The translations under genes were made by a program, and so were the position numbers. Positions 31,958 to 41,516 of a stretch of 64,000 bases of DNA are shown one piece after another. This stretch comes from Pseudomonas aeruginosa PAO1 (GTDB taxonomy: Bacteria > Pseudomonadota > Gammaproteobacteria > Pseudomonadales > Pseudomonadaceae): NCBI RefSeq assembly GCF_000006765.1, contig NC_002516.2; one strand, given 5' to 3'. The notes below the pieces were generated by a model, which saw only the letters and a program-made list of their open reading frames with translations, had not been told where the DNA came from and did no database searches. Position 1 is the first letter of the stretch; every line of letters starts with the position of its first letter.

Positions 31958-32575
31958 TCAGGCCGCCAGGGCCAGGTCGTGCGGCAGTTCCTGCACGCCG
32001 ACCACGCCGACCTCCGCCGCTGCCGCAGCCGGGGTGGCATGGGCGACGCCGGCCGCGGCCAACTGGTCGAAGGTGGAGTTGATCGACAGGCTCGGGTCGA
32101 CCGCTTTCAGCAGCGCGTCGATCTGCCCCTGCAGGGCGCTGCTGTCACCGCTCATCAGGCCGTAGACCACCTTGTGCACGGTGCCGTCGCGGCCCTGGGC
32201 GATCGGCGAATCCAGGCCCAGGTTGCTGAAGCTCACCTCCTGGCTGTCCAGGGCGTAGCCACCGCTGGAGGCGCCGCCGGTCAGGGTGTCGCCGAGGGCG
32301 ATGCTGTCCAGCTTGCCCCACAGGGTGTGGCTGGGGTTGCTGAACAGGGTGTAGTGGAGGTCGCCGCCGGCGATGAAGGCCGCGTCGCTGGCGGTGCTCT
32401 TCAGCGCGTACTGGCTGCCGTCGAACGGACCGGGGTTGAAGCCGCCGGTATTGCTGCCGTCCACCACCTGGCCCGGACGATGGTTGACGTCGCCGAAGTA
32501 GGCCGACCAGTCCGCCAGGTAATCCGCTACGGTCCAGCCGCTGTAGGTGGTGCTGTAGGAAATCGAAATGCTCAT
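31958..32575 (-). CDS. hasAp: Hemophore HasAp
   Basis: ATG 32575 (205 aa) MSISISYSTTYSGWTVADYL; H32 loop VNHRPG, Y75 loop SQYALK, H83. Confidence 0.97.
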   Translation of the reverse strand: MSISISYSTTYSGWTVADYLADWSAYFGDVNHRPGQVVDGSNTGGFNPGPFDGSQYALKSTASDAAFIAGGDLHYTLFSNPSHTLWGKLDSIALGDTLTGGASSGGYALDSQEVSFSNLGLDSPIAQGRDGTVHKVVYGLMSGDSSALQGQIDALLKAVDPSLSINSTFDQLAAAGVAHATPAAAAAEVGVVGVQELPHDLALAA

Positions 32576-32660
32576 GCCAAAACTCCAATTCAACGAGTGG
32601 TGAATGCCGGAGCGCACGGATGCCCGCTCCGGTTTTGCCCTTCACTGGGCAAAACGGGGG

Positions 32661-35336
32661 TCAGAACTGGTATTCGAGGGTGCCTTGCAGGGTCCGCCCG
32701 CGACCGAGGGTGAAGGCCAGCACGTCGCCCAGCGGCACCAGGTAGGCGCGGTCGGTGACGTTCTCCATGGCCAGGCGCAGGGTCAGTTCATCGCTCACCC
32801 GGTAGCTGCCGTACAGGTCGTAGACGGTGTATTCCTTCCAGTCCGCCGGGTACACGCCGGCCTGCGACACCGTGGCGCCGCCAGCCACCGAGTAGCCTTC
32901 GCTGTAGCGGGCACGGGCGCCGACGTCCAGCCTGCGGTCGAAGAAGCGCATGCCCAGGGTCAGCGAGCCGCGATCCATCGGCATGTGTTCGGCGGAGCCG
33001 AGCACCGCGCTGCAATGGGTGGCGGCGTTGGCCTGCTCGTCCGGCCGCATGTCGATCACCGGCGGGCGGCGACCGCTGCCCTTCACCGTCTGGGTGACGC
33101 CACCGAGCCAGGCGGTCTTCGAACAGAAGTCGTTGCTGCCGATCATGTGCGTGTAGGAGAGCTGCCCGTAGGCCAGCCCGGCATCGTAGTCGAGCTGGTA
33201 CTCGACGCCACGGAAGCGCGTGCTGTCGAGGTTGTTGACGTAGGCGCTGTTGCCGATCCCGGCCATGCCGTAGCCCGGCGGCTGCATGCCCATGCCCATG
33301 AAGATGAAGTCGTCGACCCGGGTGTCGAAGTAGGCGACCTTCAGGCCCAGGCGGTCGTCGCTGAACCAGAGGTTCTCCTTCAGCACGTTGAAACCGACTT
33401 CCCAGGCCTTCGAGCGCTCCGGACTGAGGAACGGGTTGGGGTACATGTTTTCCGCGCCGCCGCCGTGGGGGCGGCCGGTGATCAGGCTCTCGGTCACTGC
33501 CGGCGGGCGCCAGCCCTTGCCGTAGGTGGCGAACAGCTGCAACCAGTCGACACCGGGCTTGACCGACAGGCCGAAGGTCGGCGAGAAGCGCCCCTCCTCG
33601 CGGTCGACGGCGTATTGCAGCGGCATGTCGGTCTGCCGGGTGGTGCCAAGGATGAAGGTGCGCGCGTTGAAGCCGGTGTCGCCGCGCAGGCGGTAGCGGT
33701 CGTAACGCAGCCCGGCGTTGAGGTTGAGCCAGTCGTCGTAGTCGTAGTCGAGACGGGCGAACAGGCTACCGAGGGCGCGGTCGCCCTTGGGGGTCATGCC
33801 TTCGGCCGCAGGGAAGCCGACCGCCGAGGTGCTCGCCCGCGGCTGGCTGGAGTCCGGCCGCACCTTGTCGTAGAAGAACTCCAGGCCATAGTTGGCGCGC
33901 AGCGTGGAGAGATCGTCGAGAGCGAAGGTCGAGGTGTTCTGCGCCTGCGCGCCGTAGGTGTCGGTCTGGTAGGTGATCGAGTAGCCGGGGGTGATACCGC
34001 GTTGCAGGGTCTGCTGGCGGTTGCGGTTGTCGACGTAGTAGAGCTTGGCCTTGAAGTCCACCAACGGGTTGTCCGGCGCGTAGCCGTAGTCGATGGCGAA
34101 GTTCTGCGCACGCACGTCGCTGCTGCCGAGCTTTTCCCAGAGCGCCTGGTTCTCGGTGTTGAGCATGTTGGCGTCGTCGTAGGACACCTGGGTGGTCAGG
34201 TAGCTGAACTGCAGGCGCTGGTCCTGCGGCAGGGCGACGCCAAGCTTGGCCAGTCGCGAGCGCATCACGTAGCCGGAGTAGGCCACCGGCGAATGCTTGA
34301 CCCGCTGCCCGGCCTCGGGATTGAACCAGGCGCCGGTGCGCAGCTCGCCAATGCTGCCCTTGGTCCCCGGGTCGTAGTCGCCCAGGTGGCGCTCGCTGGC
34401 GGCGACCAGCATGTCCCAGACCTCGGTGCCGATGGCGAAGGCCGCGCTGCCGATGAAGTGGGTGCCATTGGCGTCGCCGCCCAGGCCGCTGGTGAGGCGC
34501 ACCCGGCCACCGACCTGCTTGCCCGGCCTGACCAGGTCGCGGGCCTCCAGGGTGCGGAAGTTGGCGATCCCGCCGATCACCCCGGCGCCGCCCATGGCCG
34601 AGCTGGCGCCCTTGTCGATGACCACCTCGCTGAGCAGCTCGGGATCGACGTAGAGCGTCCCGTTGCGCTGCTGGTGGCCGCTCTGCTGGTAGTTCTGGCG
34701 CATGCCGTCGACCGACATGTTGACCCGCCCGTAGTCCTGGATGCCACGGATGTTCACCGACAGGCCGGGGTCCTGCTGGCTCACCGAGGAGTACACCCCG
34801 GGGGTTTCCTCGAGCATGTCGGCGGCATGCCGCGGCGGGTTGCGCTCGATCTGCTCGCGGCCGATCACGCTGACCGAATGCGGCGTCTGGTAGACCCAGT
34901 CGTCCGGACGCGCGGCGGAGATCACCGAGGGCGACATCTGCACCAGGTCGTCCTGGCTGACGCGGATCAGGCTCAATTGGTCCTTGCCGGAGAAGCGGTA
35001 TTCCACCGGGCTGCCCTGGAGCATCTGGCTCAGGCCGTCGGCCAGCAAGTATTCGCCGTGCACCGCCGCGCTGCCGAGACCGGCGAAACGCTGGCTGTCG
35101 AAGAACACCTGGACCCCGGCCTGCTCGGCGAATCGCAGCAGGGCGCGGTTCAGCGGTTGTGCCGGGATGTCCAGCCGGACCCGGCGCAGCGCGGTCTGCT
35201 GCTGGCTCGCCGAGTCCGCCCCGTCTTGCGCATGCAGCGGTAGCGCGGCCGTTCCCAGCAGGACCAGGCCCAGCCCCAGGGCCAGTTGCGCCCCCTTGCG
35301 ACCGCCTCGCACGGCACTCCATCCACGATGTTTCAT
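32661..35336 (-). CDS. hasR: TonB-dependent heme receptor HasR with N-terminal signalling domain
   Basis: ATG 35336 (891 aa); STN domain, plug, FRAP/NPNL-like YRSPE-type loops (WRPPAVTE, NPFLSPE), terminal EYQF. Confidence 0.94.
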   Translation of the reverse strand: MKHRGWSAVRGGRKGAQLALGLGLVLLGTAALPLHAQDGADSASQQQTALRRVRLDIPAQPLNRALLRFAEQAGVQVFFDSQRFAGLGSAAVHGEYLLADGLSQMLQGSPVEYRFSGKDQLSLIRVSQDDLVQMSPSVISAARPDDWVYQTPHSVSVIGREQIERNPPRHAADMLEETPGVYSSVSQQDPGLSVNIRGIQDYGRVNMSVDGMRQNYQQSGHQQRNGTLYVDPELLSEVVIDKGASSAMGGAGVIGGIANFRTLEARDLVRPGKQVGGRVRLTSGLGGDANGTHFIGSAAFAIGTEVWDMLVAASERHLGDYDPGTKGSIGELRTGAWFNPEAGQRVKHSPVAYSGYVMRSRLAKLGVALPQDQRLQFSYLTTQVSYDDANMLNTENQALWEKLGSSDVRAQNFAIDYGYAPDNPLVDFKAKLYYVDNRNRQQTLQRGITPGYSITYQTDTYGAQAQNTSTFALDDLSTLRANYGLEFFYDKVRPDSSQPRASTSAVGFPAAEGMTPKGDRALGSLFARLDYDYDDWLNLNAGLRYDRYRLRGDTGFNARTFILGTTRQTDMPLQYAVDREEGRFSPTFGLSVKPGVDWLQLFATYGKGWRPPAVTESLITGRPHGGGAENMYPNPFLSPERSKAWEVGFNVLKENLWFSDDRLGLKVAYFDTRVDDFIFMGMGMQPPGYGMAGIGNSAYVNNLDSTRFRGVEYQLDYDAGLAYGQLSYTHMIGSNDFCSKTAWLGGVTQTVKGSGRRPPVIDMRPDEQANAATHCSAVLGSAEHMPMDRGSLTLGMRFFDRRLDVGARARYSEGYSVAGGATVSQAGVYPADWKEYTVYDLYGSYRVSDELTLRLAMENVTDRAYLVPLGDVLAFTLGRGRTLQGTLEYQF

Positions 35337-35362
35337 GACAGCGCCTACACTCCATCGTTTTG

Positions 35363-35381
35363 TGTAATAAGAATCAGTCTC
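35363..35381. promoter_or_regulatory. Fur box upstream of hasR
   Basis: TGTAATAAGAATCAGTCTC, 13/19 to GATAATGATAATCATTATC. Confidence 0.7.
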
Positions 35382-35545
35382 GTTAAGAGAACGATGGAGG
35401 CAGGGAAAGTCAGTAACGGAAATCGAGAAAATTTTTCGCCGGCGGGATCCACGGCTCGAAAATGCGCTTCCCGGCCCCTGCCGGAACAAGCGCGCGGGGC
35501 GACTGCCCGGCCCGTGGTCGAGGCTCTCGGAAGCGATCGCGCCGC

Positions 35546-36532
35546 TCAGTACAGCAGCGTCACTCCCGCCAGGCCCAGGCTGCGCACTCCCAGCTCATCG
35601 CTGATCGACTGCAACGAGGCCTCCAGGTCGGCGACCCGGAATACGCCGCTGACCCGCCGCTGCGCCAACGCACCGGGAGCCACCAGCAAATGCCCCGGCC
35701 GGTAACGATTGAGGCGCGCCACCACCTCGCCCAGCGGCTGCTCGTCGAAGACCAGCAGGCCGCGCCGCCAACTGGTCAGGTCGTCGAGGCGACCGCCCAG
35801 CGGCGCCTCGACGCCGCCCTCCGCGCTGTAGCGCAGGCTCTCGCCCTCGCCCAGCTCGCGGCGCCCGACGGTCCCCGTGCGCGGATGCGCCAGGGCCACC
35901 GCGACGCGGTGTTCGAGCACCCCGACCTGGACGCTGCCGTCGTCGTTGCGGCTGACCAGGAACCGAGTACCCAGCGCGCGAGTGCTGCCGCCGGCGCTTT
36001 CCACCACGAAGGGCCGTGTCTCCCGCCCCGCGCGGGGGGCGGCGCGGAAGATCGCGCTGCCTTCGAGCAGGCGCACCCGTCGCTCGCGGCTGTCGTAGGC
36101 GACATCGATGGCACTCTGTGCGTCCAGCTCGACCTCGCTGCCATCCACCAGCCGCAGGATGCGTACCTCGCCCTTGCCGGTAGAGTGGTCGGCCAGCCAG
36201 CTCACGCCGGCGTCGCGTTCGTTCCAGGCGCTGCCCAGGGCCAGCAGCACCGCCGCCGCCGCGGCCCAGCCGCGCCAGCCCTTGCGCCGCCCCCCGGCGC
36301 GGCGCGGCGCGCTGGCGACCGGCGTCTGAACCATCGTCCGCGGTTCGGCCAGCGATCCCAGCTGTTTCCAGGTCCGTTGCGCCAGCGCCAGCGCGGCCCG
36401 GTGCCGGGGGTCGGCCGCCAGCCAGCCGTCCAGCGCTTCGCGCCGGGACCGGTCGAGGTCGCCGCCGTCCAGGCGGATCGCCCATTCGGCGGCCTGCTGG
36501 CGGATCTGCTGTTGTTCCTGGGGGCTGTTCAC
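35546..36532 (-). CDS. hasS: FecR-family anti-sigma factor HasS
   Basis: 328 aa; AAEWAIRL, LVDGSEVELDA, LTSWRRGLLVF. Confidence 0.92.
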   Translation of the reverse strand: MNSPQEQQQIRQQAAEWAIRLDGGDLDRSRREALDGWLAADPRHRAALALAQRTWKQLGSLAEPRTMVQTPVASAPRRAGGRRKGWRGWAAAAAVLLALGSAWNERDAGVSWLADHSTGKGEVRILRLVDGSEVELDAQSAIDVAYDSRERRVRLLEGSAIFRAAPRAGRETRPFVVESAGGSTRALGTRFLVSRNDDGSVQVGVLEHRVAVALAHPRTGTVGRRELGEGESLRYSAEGGVEAPLGGRLDDLTSWRRGLLVFDEQPLGEVVARLNRYRPGHLLVAPGALAQRRVSGVFRVADLEASLQSISDELGVRSLGLAGVTLLY

Positions 36533-36596
36533 GTGCGGCTCTCGTTGGTCGTTATAGAGGTTCAGACGCGCGAACCGGCAAGACTCGGTAATCCAT

Positions 36597-37112
36597 TCAG
36601 CGGGAATCCTCGAGTGCCTGCATCACATGGGCCAGGGTGCGGGCCAGGTGCTTCTGCACCGAGCTATCGGAGATTTCCAGGCGTCTCGCCACCTCGGCAT
36701 GGGTCAGCCCCTCCAGACGGTTGAGACGGAAGATCTCACGGGTGCGCGGCGGCAGTTCGGCGACTATCTCGCGCAGGCGGGCAAGCGCATCGGCATCCAC
36801 CGCGGACTCCTCGGGGCCGGGCTGGTCGGCGACGAACCCGGCGAGGTCGTCGTTGGGCTGGGTCTCGGTGCGGCGCCGCCGTTCCTGCCGGTAATGGTCG
36901 ATGGTGAGGTTGTGCGCGGTGCGGTAGAGATAGGCGTCGACATGCTCGATCGGCTCCTTGTGCCGCTGCTCGGCCAGGCGCAGGAAGCTCTCCTGCGCTA
37001 GGTCCGCCGCCAGGTGCGGATCGCGGGTCTTGCGCAACAGATACGACTGCAACTGCCGCGCATGCCTGAGAAACAGTGCCTTGAGATCCTGCTCCGCCAA
37101 CGGCGCATCCAC
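36597..37112 (-). CDS. hasI: ECF sigma factor HasI
   Basis: 171 aa; AADLAQESFLR, LPPRTREIFRLNRLEGLTHAEVA. Confidence 0.92.
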   Translation of the reverse strand: MDAPLAEQDLKALFLRHARQLQSYLLRKTRDPHLAADLAQESFLRLAEQRHKEPIEHVDAYLYRTAHNLTIDHYRQERRRRTETQPNDDLAGFVADQPGPEESAVDADALARLREIVAELPPRTREIFRLNRLEGLTHAEVARRLEISDSSVQKHLARTLAHVMQALEDSR

Positions 37113-37149
37113 CCACGTCCTTTCAGAAGGGCAGCAGCATATTTTTTAT

Positions 37150-37168
37150 GATAATGATTTTCAATCGT
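37150..37168. promoter_or_regulatory. Fur box upstream of hasI
   Basis: GATAATGATTTTCAATCGT, 13/19 to consensus, first 9 exact. Confidence 0.75.
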
Positions 37169-37188
37169 ATTTTTGTGAGATGCCGGGC

Positions 37189-37416
37189 TCAGCCGAACAC
37201 CGAGCCGCCGCCGAGGTAGGCCAGGCCCGCGCCAAAGGCCGCCAGCGCCAGCGGCGGGCGCATCGGCGCGTCGTTGATGGCGAAGGCCAGTTGCGCCAGC
37301 GGAAACAGCAGCAGGCAGAGCAATGCGCAGGGGATCGAACGGCGGCCGCCGCTGGCCACGGACCAGACGTAGCCGATGAGCAGGAGGGCGAAACCGAGGT
37401 CTTGCATGCCGGGCAT
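37189..37416 (-). CDS. Small membrane protein
   Basis: 75 aa, three hydrophobic segments, SD-like AAGGA upstream. Confidence 0.6.
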   Translation of the reverse strand: MPGMQDLGFALLLIGYVWSVASGGRRSIPCALLCLLLFPLAQLAFAINDAPMRPPLALAAFGAGLAYLGGGSVFG

Positions 37417-37526
37417 CCTTGCGGGGCGGAAGGTATGCGCCGCGCAACGGGCGGCAGGCGCGCAACCTTAGCAGAAGCGCGGGAGCCGAGGAAAACCCGG
37501 CGCGGCCCGTGCCGCGCCGGGTTCGC

Positions 37527-37796
37527 TCAATTGCCGCTGCAACCGCTGCCCCAGGCCTTGTACTCGACGGTATGCCGCTCGCCCTGCGAGTCCTCGTAGA
37601 CCAGGCGCGCCGGGACGATCCCACAGGCGCTCCACAGGTCGGTCTTGTAGATCACCCGGGCGATGTCCAGGCGCCCTTCCACGTAATGCTGGCGAAGCGA
37701 TTTCGAGTCCGGGTTGGGTCCGTAGGGCTGCTGCTGCGCCTGGGCCAGCGGCGCCAGGCCGAGCAGCGCGACAAGTGCCAACGGGATCACTCTCAT
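37527..37796 (-). CDS. Small secreted protein (DUF2790-like)
   Basis: 89 aa; signal peptide, CGIVPARLVYEDSQGERHTVEY...GC. Confidence 0.75.
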   Translation of the reverse strand: MRVIPLALVALLGLAPLAQAQQQPYGPNPDSKSLRQHYVEGRLDIARVIYKTDLWSACGIVPARLVYEDSQGERHTVEYKAWGSGCSGN

Positions 37797-37949
37797 GAGG
37801 ATGTCTCCTTGGTAGAACGTTCAGCCTGAAACTACGCTGCGGAGACTGTCAGGCTCATGAGCCCGGCGTGACATTTCTGTCAGACGACGACCGCCCCGGC
37901 AATGCGCCAGCAATCCTGGCGCTATCCACGGACGGCAAGACGCCATATA

Positions 37950-37965
37950 CTGTATGGATAACCAG
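37950..37965. promoter_or_regulatory. LexA (SOS) box
   Basis: CTGTATGGATAACCAG = CTG-N10-CAG, 40 bp upstream of yebG. Confidence 0.85.
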
Positions 37966-38005
37966 TCAAAGCAACCTTGCGACTCAGAAGGCACAGAGGT
38001 GATGA

Positions 38006-38272
38006 ATGGCCGTCGAAGTGGTGTACCGCAGCAGCCGGGATCAGGAGCGTTTGTTCATGGACAAGGCTGAAGCCGATCGTTACGACAAGATGCTGGAGCT
38101 GGCGGAAACGCTGGCCGAGGTGCTGCAGAAGGCGGTGCCGTCGCTGAAGGAGGAACAGGTGGAAGAACTCGGCATCTTCATGGCGAAGAACCGCGACGCC
38201 TTCGCCCGCGCCTTCAAGAACCAGCCGGACGCCCTCAACGAACTGTTCGAGGAAAACGCCGCGGACGAATGA
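38006..38272 (+). CDS. yebG: YebG-family DNA-damage-inducible protein
   Basis: 88 aa; MAVEVVY...FMDKAEADRYDKMLELAE; SOS box upstream. Confidence 0.85.
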   Translation: MAVEVVYRSSRDQERLFMDKAEADRYDKMLELAETLAEVLQKAVPSLKEEQVEELGIFMAKNRDAFARAFKNQPDALNELFEENAADE

Positions 38273-38307
38273 GCCGCCGCTGCAAGCAAAGCGCAAGGAG
38301 CCGAAAC

Positions 38308-38892
38308 ATGCCGCGACAACTTGCCGGCCTGCTGTGCGTCCTCCTCGGCCTCGCCGGCGCCCCTGCCCTCGCCTGCCCATTCCGGGCCACGGACGCCGAG
38401 ACACCGGCAGCCTCTGCCGGCGCCGCGCAGGTCCTGGCCCTGGGCGGCACCGGCAGACTGCAACTCGACCTGCAACGGGCCCCCGCCACCCTGCTGCACA
38501 GCGGCGACCTGCTGATCGCTCGCTACGCCGAGGGTCATTACCTCGCCCACCGCCTGCTCGAAGGCAACGAGATGGGCGCGGACGAGGGCGAACGGCTCGA
38601 CCTTCCGCGACAGGTTCGCCTGCTCTTCGGAGCCCTGCCGCTGGACGGCCTGCCCGACGCCGAGCGCGAGCGTCTCCAGGCGCAGCGCCAGGCCCTCGGC
38701 CTGTGCGACCGGCGCGCCAGCGTCAGCCGCTACCGCGTGGCCGGCACCGAGGTCTATCGCCTGCGCGGCAGCCAGGCCGGCAAGCCCTACCACGCGCTCT
38801 ACCTGCTCGACGGTCCCCAGGTGCACTACCTCGACAGCTCCGGCAGCGACGCCTTCATCGAGCAGTTGCTCGCCAGCCTGCGACGCCGCTGA
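38308..38892 (+). CDS. Exported hypothetical protein
   Basis: ATG 38308 after AAGGAG (194 aa); signal-peptide-like N-terminus. An alternative start at 38269 overlaps the yebG stop. Confidence 0.7.
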   Translation: MPRQLAGLLCVLLGLAGAPALACPFRATDAETPAASAGAAQVLALGGTGRLQLDLQRAPATLLHSGDLLIARYAEGHYLAHRLLEGNEMGADEGERLDLPRQVRLLFGALPLDGLPDAERERLQAQRQALGLCDRRASVSRYRVAGTEVYRLRGSQAGKPYHALYLLDGPQVHYLDSSGSDAFIEQLLASLRRR

Positions 38893-38985
38893 GTCCGCGC
38901 GGCGCTTGTCCGACCCGCGCCCGGCTTGCCGGAAACCGGCGCTTGCCGTACAACGCCCGGCAGCCCCATCGACCAGGAAGGTCCC

Positions 38986-39384
38986 ATGCCCGCTCTCCCC
39001 GCCTCCCCCGTCCGCTCCCGACGCTGGCGCCTGGACCGGCGCAGCCTGCTGCTGGCACTGCTGCTGTTCGGCCTGCTGGTCCTGCTCGCCACCCTGGGCC
39101 GGCATTGGGGCTGGATACGCAGCTTCGGCGGCGACCTGCTGGCGGTGGTCTGGCTCTACTACCTGATGGGCAGCGCGCTCAGGGCGCCGGCCGCCTGGCT
39201 GGCATCCGCCGCCTTTGCCGTCGGCGCGCTGCTGGAACTGGGCCAGTACCTGGCGGCGCAACTGCATTGGCAATTCTCCAGCCCCGTGCTGCGCATCGTT
39301 CTCGGCAGCACCGCCGACGGCTTCGACCTGCTCGCCTATGCCCTCGGCGCGCTGCTGGCATGGTGGCTGGAGCGCCGGCGCTGA
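38986..39384 (+). CDS. Membrane protein, DUF2809-like
   Basis: ATG 38986 after AGGAAG (132 aa); IRSFGGDLL, ELGQY, LGSTADGFDLLAY. Confidence 0.7.
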   Translation: MPALPASPVRSRRWRLDRRSLLLALLLFGLLVLLATLGRHWGWIRSFGGDLLAVVWLYYLMGSALRAPAAWLASAAFAVGALLELGQYLAAQLHWQFSSPVLRIVLGSTADGFDLLAYALGALLAWWLERRR

Positions 39385-40497
39385 TCAGCCGTCGGGCTGC
39401 TCCAGGGCGTTCACCAGTACCTTGAGGAAACGCGCCGCCTCGCCACCGGTGGCGGCGCGGTGATCGAAGCTCAGCGAGAGCGGCAGGATCGGGTGGATCG
39501 CCATCTCGCCGCGCCAGGCCACTACTTCGTCGCGGATGCCGCCGGCGCCGAGGATGGCCACCTGCGGCGGCACCACCACGGGGTTGGCGTAGCGGCCGAA
39601 CAGGGTGCCGAAGTTGGATAGGGTCAGGGTCGCGCCGAGCATTTCCGCCGGTGGGATCGAGCGTGCCTGGACGTCTTCGCGCAGGCGCCGCATACCGGCG
39701 CGCAGGTCCTCCGCCGAACGCGCACCGACGTCGCGCAGCACCGGCACGAACAGGCCGTCCGGGGTGTCCACGGCGATCCCCAGGTCGAGCCGCTCATGCA
39801 GTTTCAGCGACAACGAGGCGCCATCGAACCAGGCGTTGAGGGTCGGCTCGGCGCGACAGGCCTCGGCCAGCGCCTGGGCCAGGCGGATCAACGGGTCGCG
39901 TGCGGTCTTCCAGCGATGCAGGTCGGCGTCGCCGTAGATCGTCACCGGCACCACCTCGGCATGCGAGCGCGCCATGTTCAGCGCCATGCTCCGCCGTACC
40001 CCGCGCAAGCGCTCGCCGCCGAAGCGTTCGCGGGTGCCCTGGGCGGCGGCCTCGACGTCGGCGCGGGTGATCAGGCCATCCGGGCCGGAGCCGCTCAGGC
40101 CGGCCAGCTCGACGCCCTGCTGGCGGGCGAACTGGCGCACCGCCGGGGTCGCGCGCGGTGCCAGGTGCTCGCGGGTGGACGGTGCGGCGCCGATGAAGAA
40201 ACGGTCCTCCAGGGCGCTACCGCCGCCCTCCAGGCGCCCCACCACGGTACCGGCGTCCGCCTCCTCGCCCTCGAAGCCCACCAGCGGTTCGCCGACGTGG
40301 AGGATGTCGCCCTCGGCGCCGAACAGCTTGCCCACCACCCCATCGTAGGGCGCGGGGATGTCCACCAGCGCCTTGGCGGTTTCCACCGAGACCAGGCGCT
40401 GGTCGGCGCGCACGCTGTCGCCGGCCTTGACGTGCCATTCGACGATTTCCGCTTCCTGTAGGCCCTCGCCCAGGTCGGGCAGCTTGAAGTGCTTCAT
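39385..40497 (-). CDS. 2-oxoacid dehydrogenase E2 (dihydrolipoamide acyltransferase)
   Basis: 370 aa; single lipoyl domain VETAKA, E3/E1-binding ATPAVR, catalytic SFDHR. Confidence 0.92.
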   Translation of the reverse strand: MKHFKLPDLGEGLQEAEIVEWHVKAGDSVRADQRLVSVETAKALVDIPAPYDGVVGKLFGAEGDILHVGEPLVGFEGEEADAGTVVGRLEGGGSALEDRFFIGAAPSTREHLAPRATPAVRQFARQQGVELAGLSGSGPDGLITRADVEAAAQGTRERFGGERLRGVRRSMALNMARSHAEVVPVTIYGDADLHRWKTARDPLIRLAQALAEACRAEPTLNAWFDGASLSLKLHERLDLGIAVDTPDGLFVPVLRDVGARSAEDLRAGMRRLREDVQARSIPPAEMLGATLTLSNFGTLFGRYANPVVVPPQVAILGAGGIRDEVVAWRGEMAIHPILPLSLSFDHRAATGGEAARFLKVLVNALEQPDG

Positions 40498-40514
40498 GGT
40501 CGTCTCCCCTTGGC

Positions 40515-41516
40515 TCAGGCGTAGCCGAGCACGGTGTCGCAGGCCGCCAGGATGTCCTCCACGGCGGGCATGTACAGCGGTTCCAGGCGGTACAGCGGCG
40601 GCGGGATATCGGCCGCGGCGACCCGCTGGATCGGCGCCCGCAGATCGAACAGGACGCGCTCGTAGAGGCTCGCGGCGATTTCCCCGCCAAGGCCGCCGCT
40701 CTTCGGCGCCTCATGGACGATCACGCAGCGACCGGTCTTGCGCACCGAAGCTTCGAGGGTGTCGAGGTCGAGCGGCTTGAGGCAGGCGACGTCGATCACT
40801 TCGGCCTCGATGCCGCGCTGCGCCAGGCGCTCGGCGGCCTGCTGGGTCTCGTGGACGCTGGCGCCCCAGCTGACCAGGGTCAGGTCGCCGCCTTCGCGAA
40901 GGGTGAAGCAACTGTCCAGCGGCAGGCGCCGGGCGTCGTCCGCCAGCGGCTGCGGGTTCATCCGGTAGAGCCGGGTCGGCTCGAGGAAGATCACCGGATC
41001 GGGATCGTCGATCGCCGCCAGGAGCAGGCCGTAGGCCCGCGCCGGCGACGACGGCACCAGCACGCGGACGCCGGGGATGTGCGCGAACATCGCCTCGGTC
41101 GCCTCGCTGTGGTGCTCCGGCGCGCGGATCCCCGCGCCCATCGGCGTGCGCAGCACCAACGGGCAGGCCAGGCGGCCGCGGGTGCGATTGCGCAGGCGGC
41201 TGGCATGGGACACCAGTTGCTCCATGGCGGCGTAGATGAAGCCCATGAACTGGATCTCCATCACCGGCTTCAGGCCCTGGGCGGCCATGCCGATGGACAG
41301 CCCGGCGATCATGTTCTCCGCCAGCGGCGTATCCAGCACCCGCTTGAAGCCGAAGCGCTCGCGCAGGCCGAGGGTGGCGCGAAACACCCCGCCGTTGACC
41401 CCGACGTCTTCGCCCAGCACCACCACCGTCTCGTCCTCGGCCATGGCCCGGTGCAACGCCAGGTTGACCGCCTCCAGAAGGGCCAGGCGTTTCGCTTCGC
41501 CGTTGCGCTCATTCAT
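40515..41516 (-). CDS. 2-oxoacid dehydrogenase E1 beta
   Basis: ATG 41516 (333 aa); GEDVGVNGGVFRAT, DTPLAE, EHHSE. Confidence 0.92.
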   Translation of the reverse strand: MNERNGEAKRLALLEAVNLALHRAMAEDETVVVLGEDVGVNGGVFRATLGLRERFGFKRVLDTPLAENMIAGLSIGMAAQGLKPVMEIQFMGFIYAAMEQLVSHASRLRNRTRGRLACPLVLRTPMGAGIRAPEHHSEATEAMFAHIPGVRVLVPSSPARAYGLLLAAIDDPDPVIFLEPTRLYRMNPQPLADDARRLPLDSCFTLREGGDLTLVSWGASVHETQQAAERLAQRGIEAEVIDVACLKPLDLDTLEASVRKTGRCVIVHEAPKSGGLGGEIAASLYERVLFDLRAPIQRVAAADIPPPLYRLEPLYMPAVEDILAACDTVLGYA

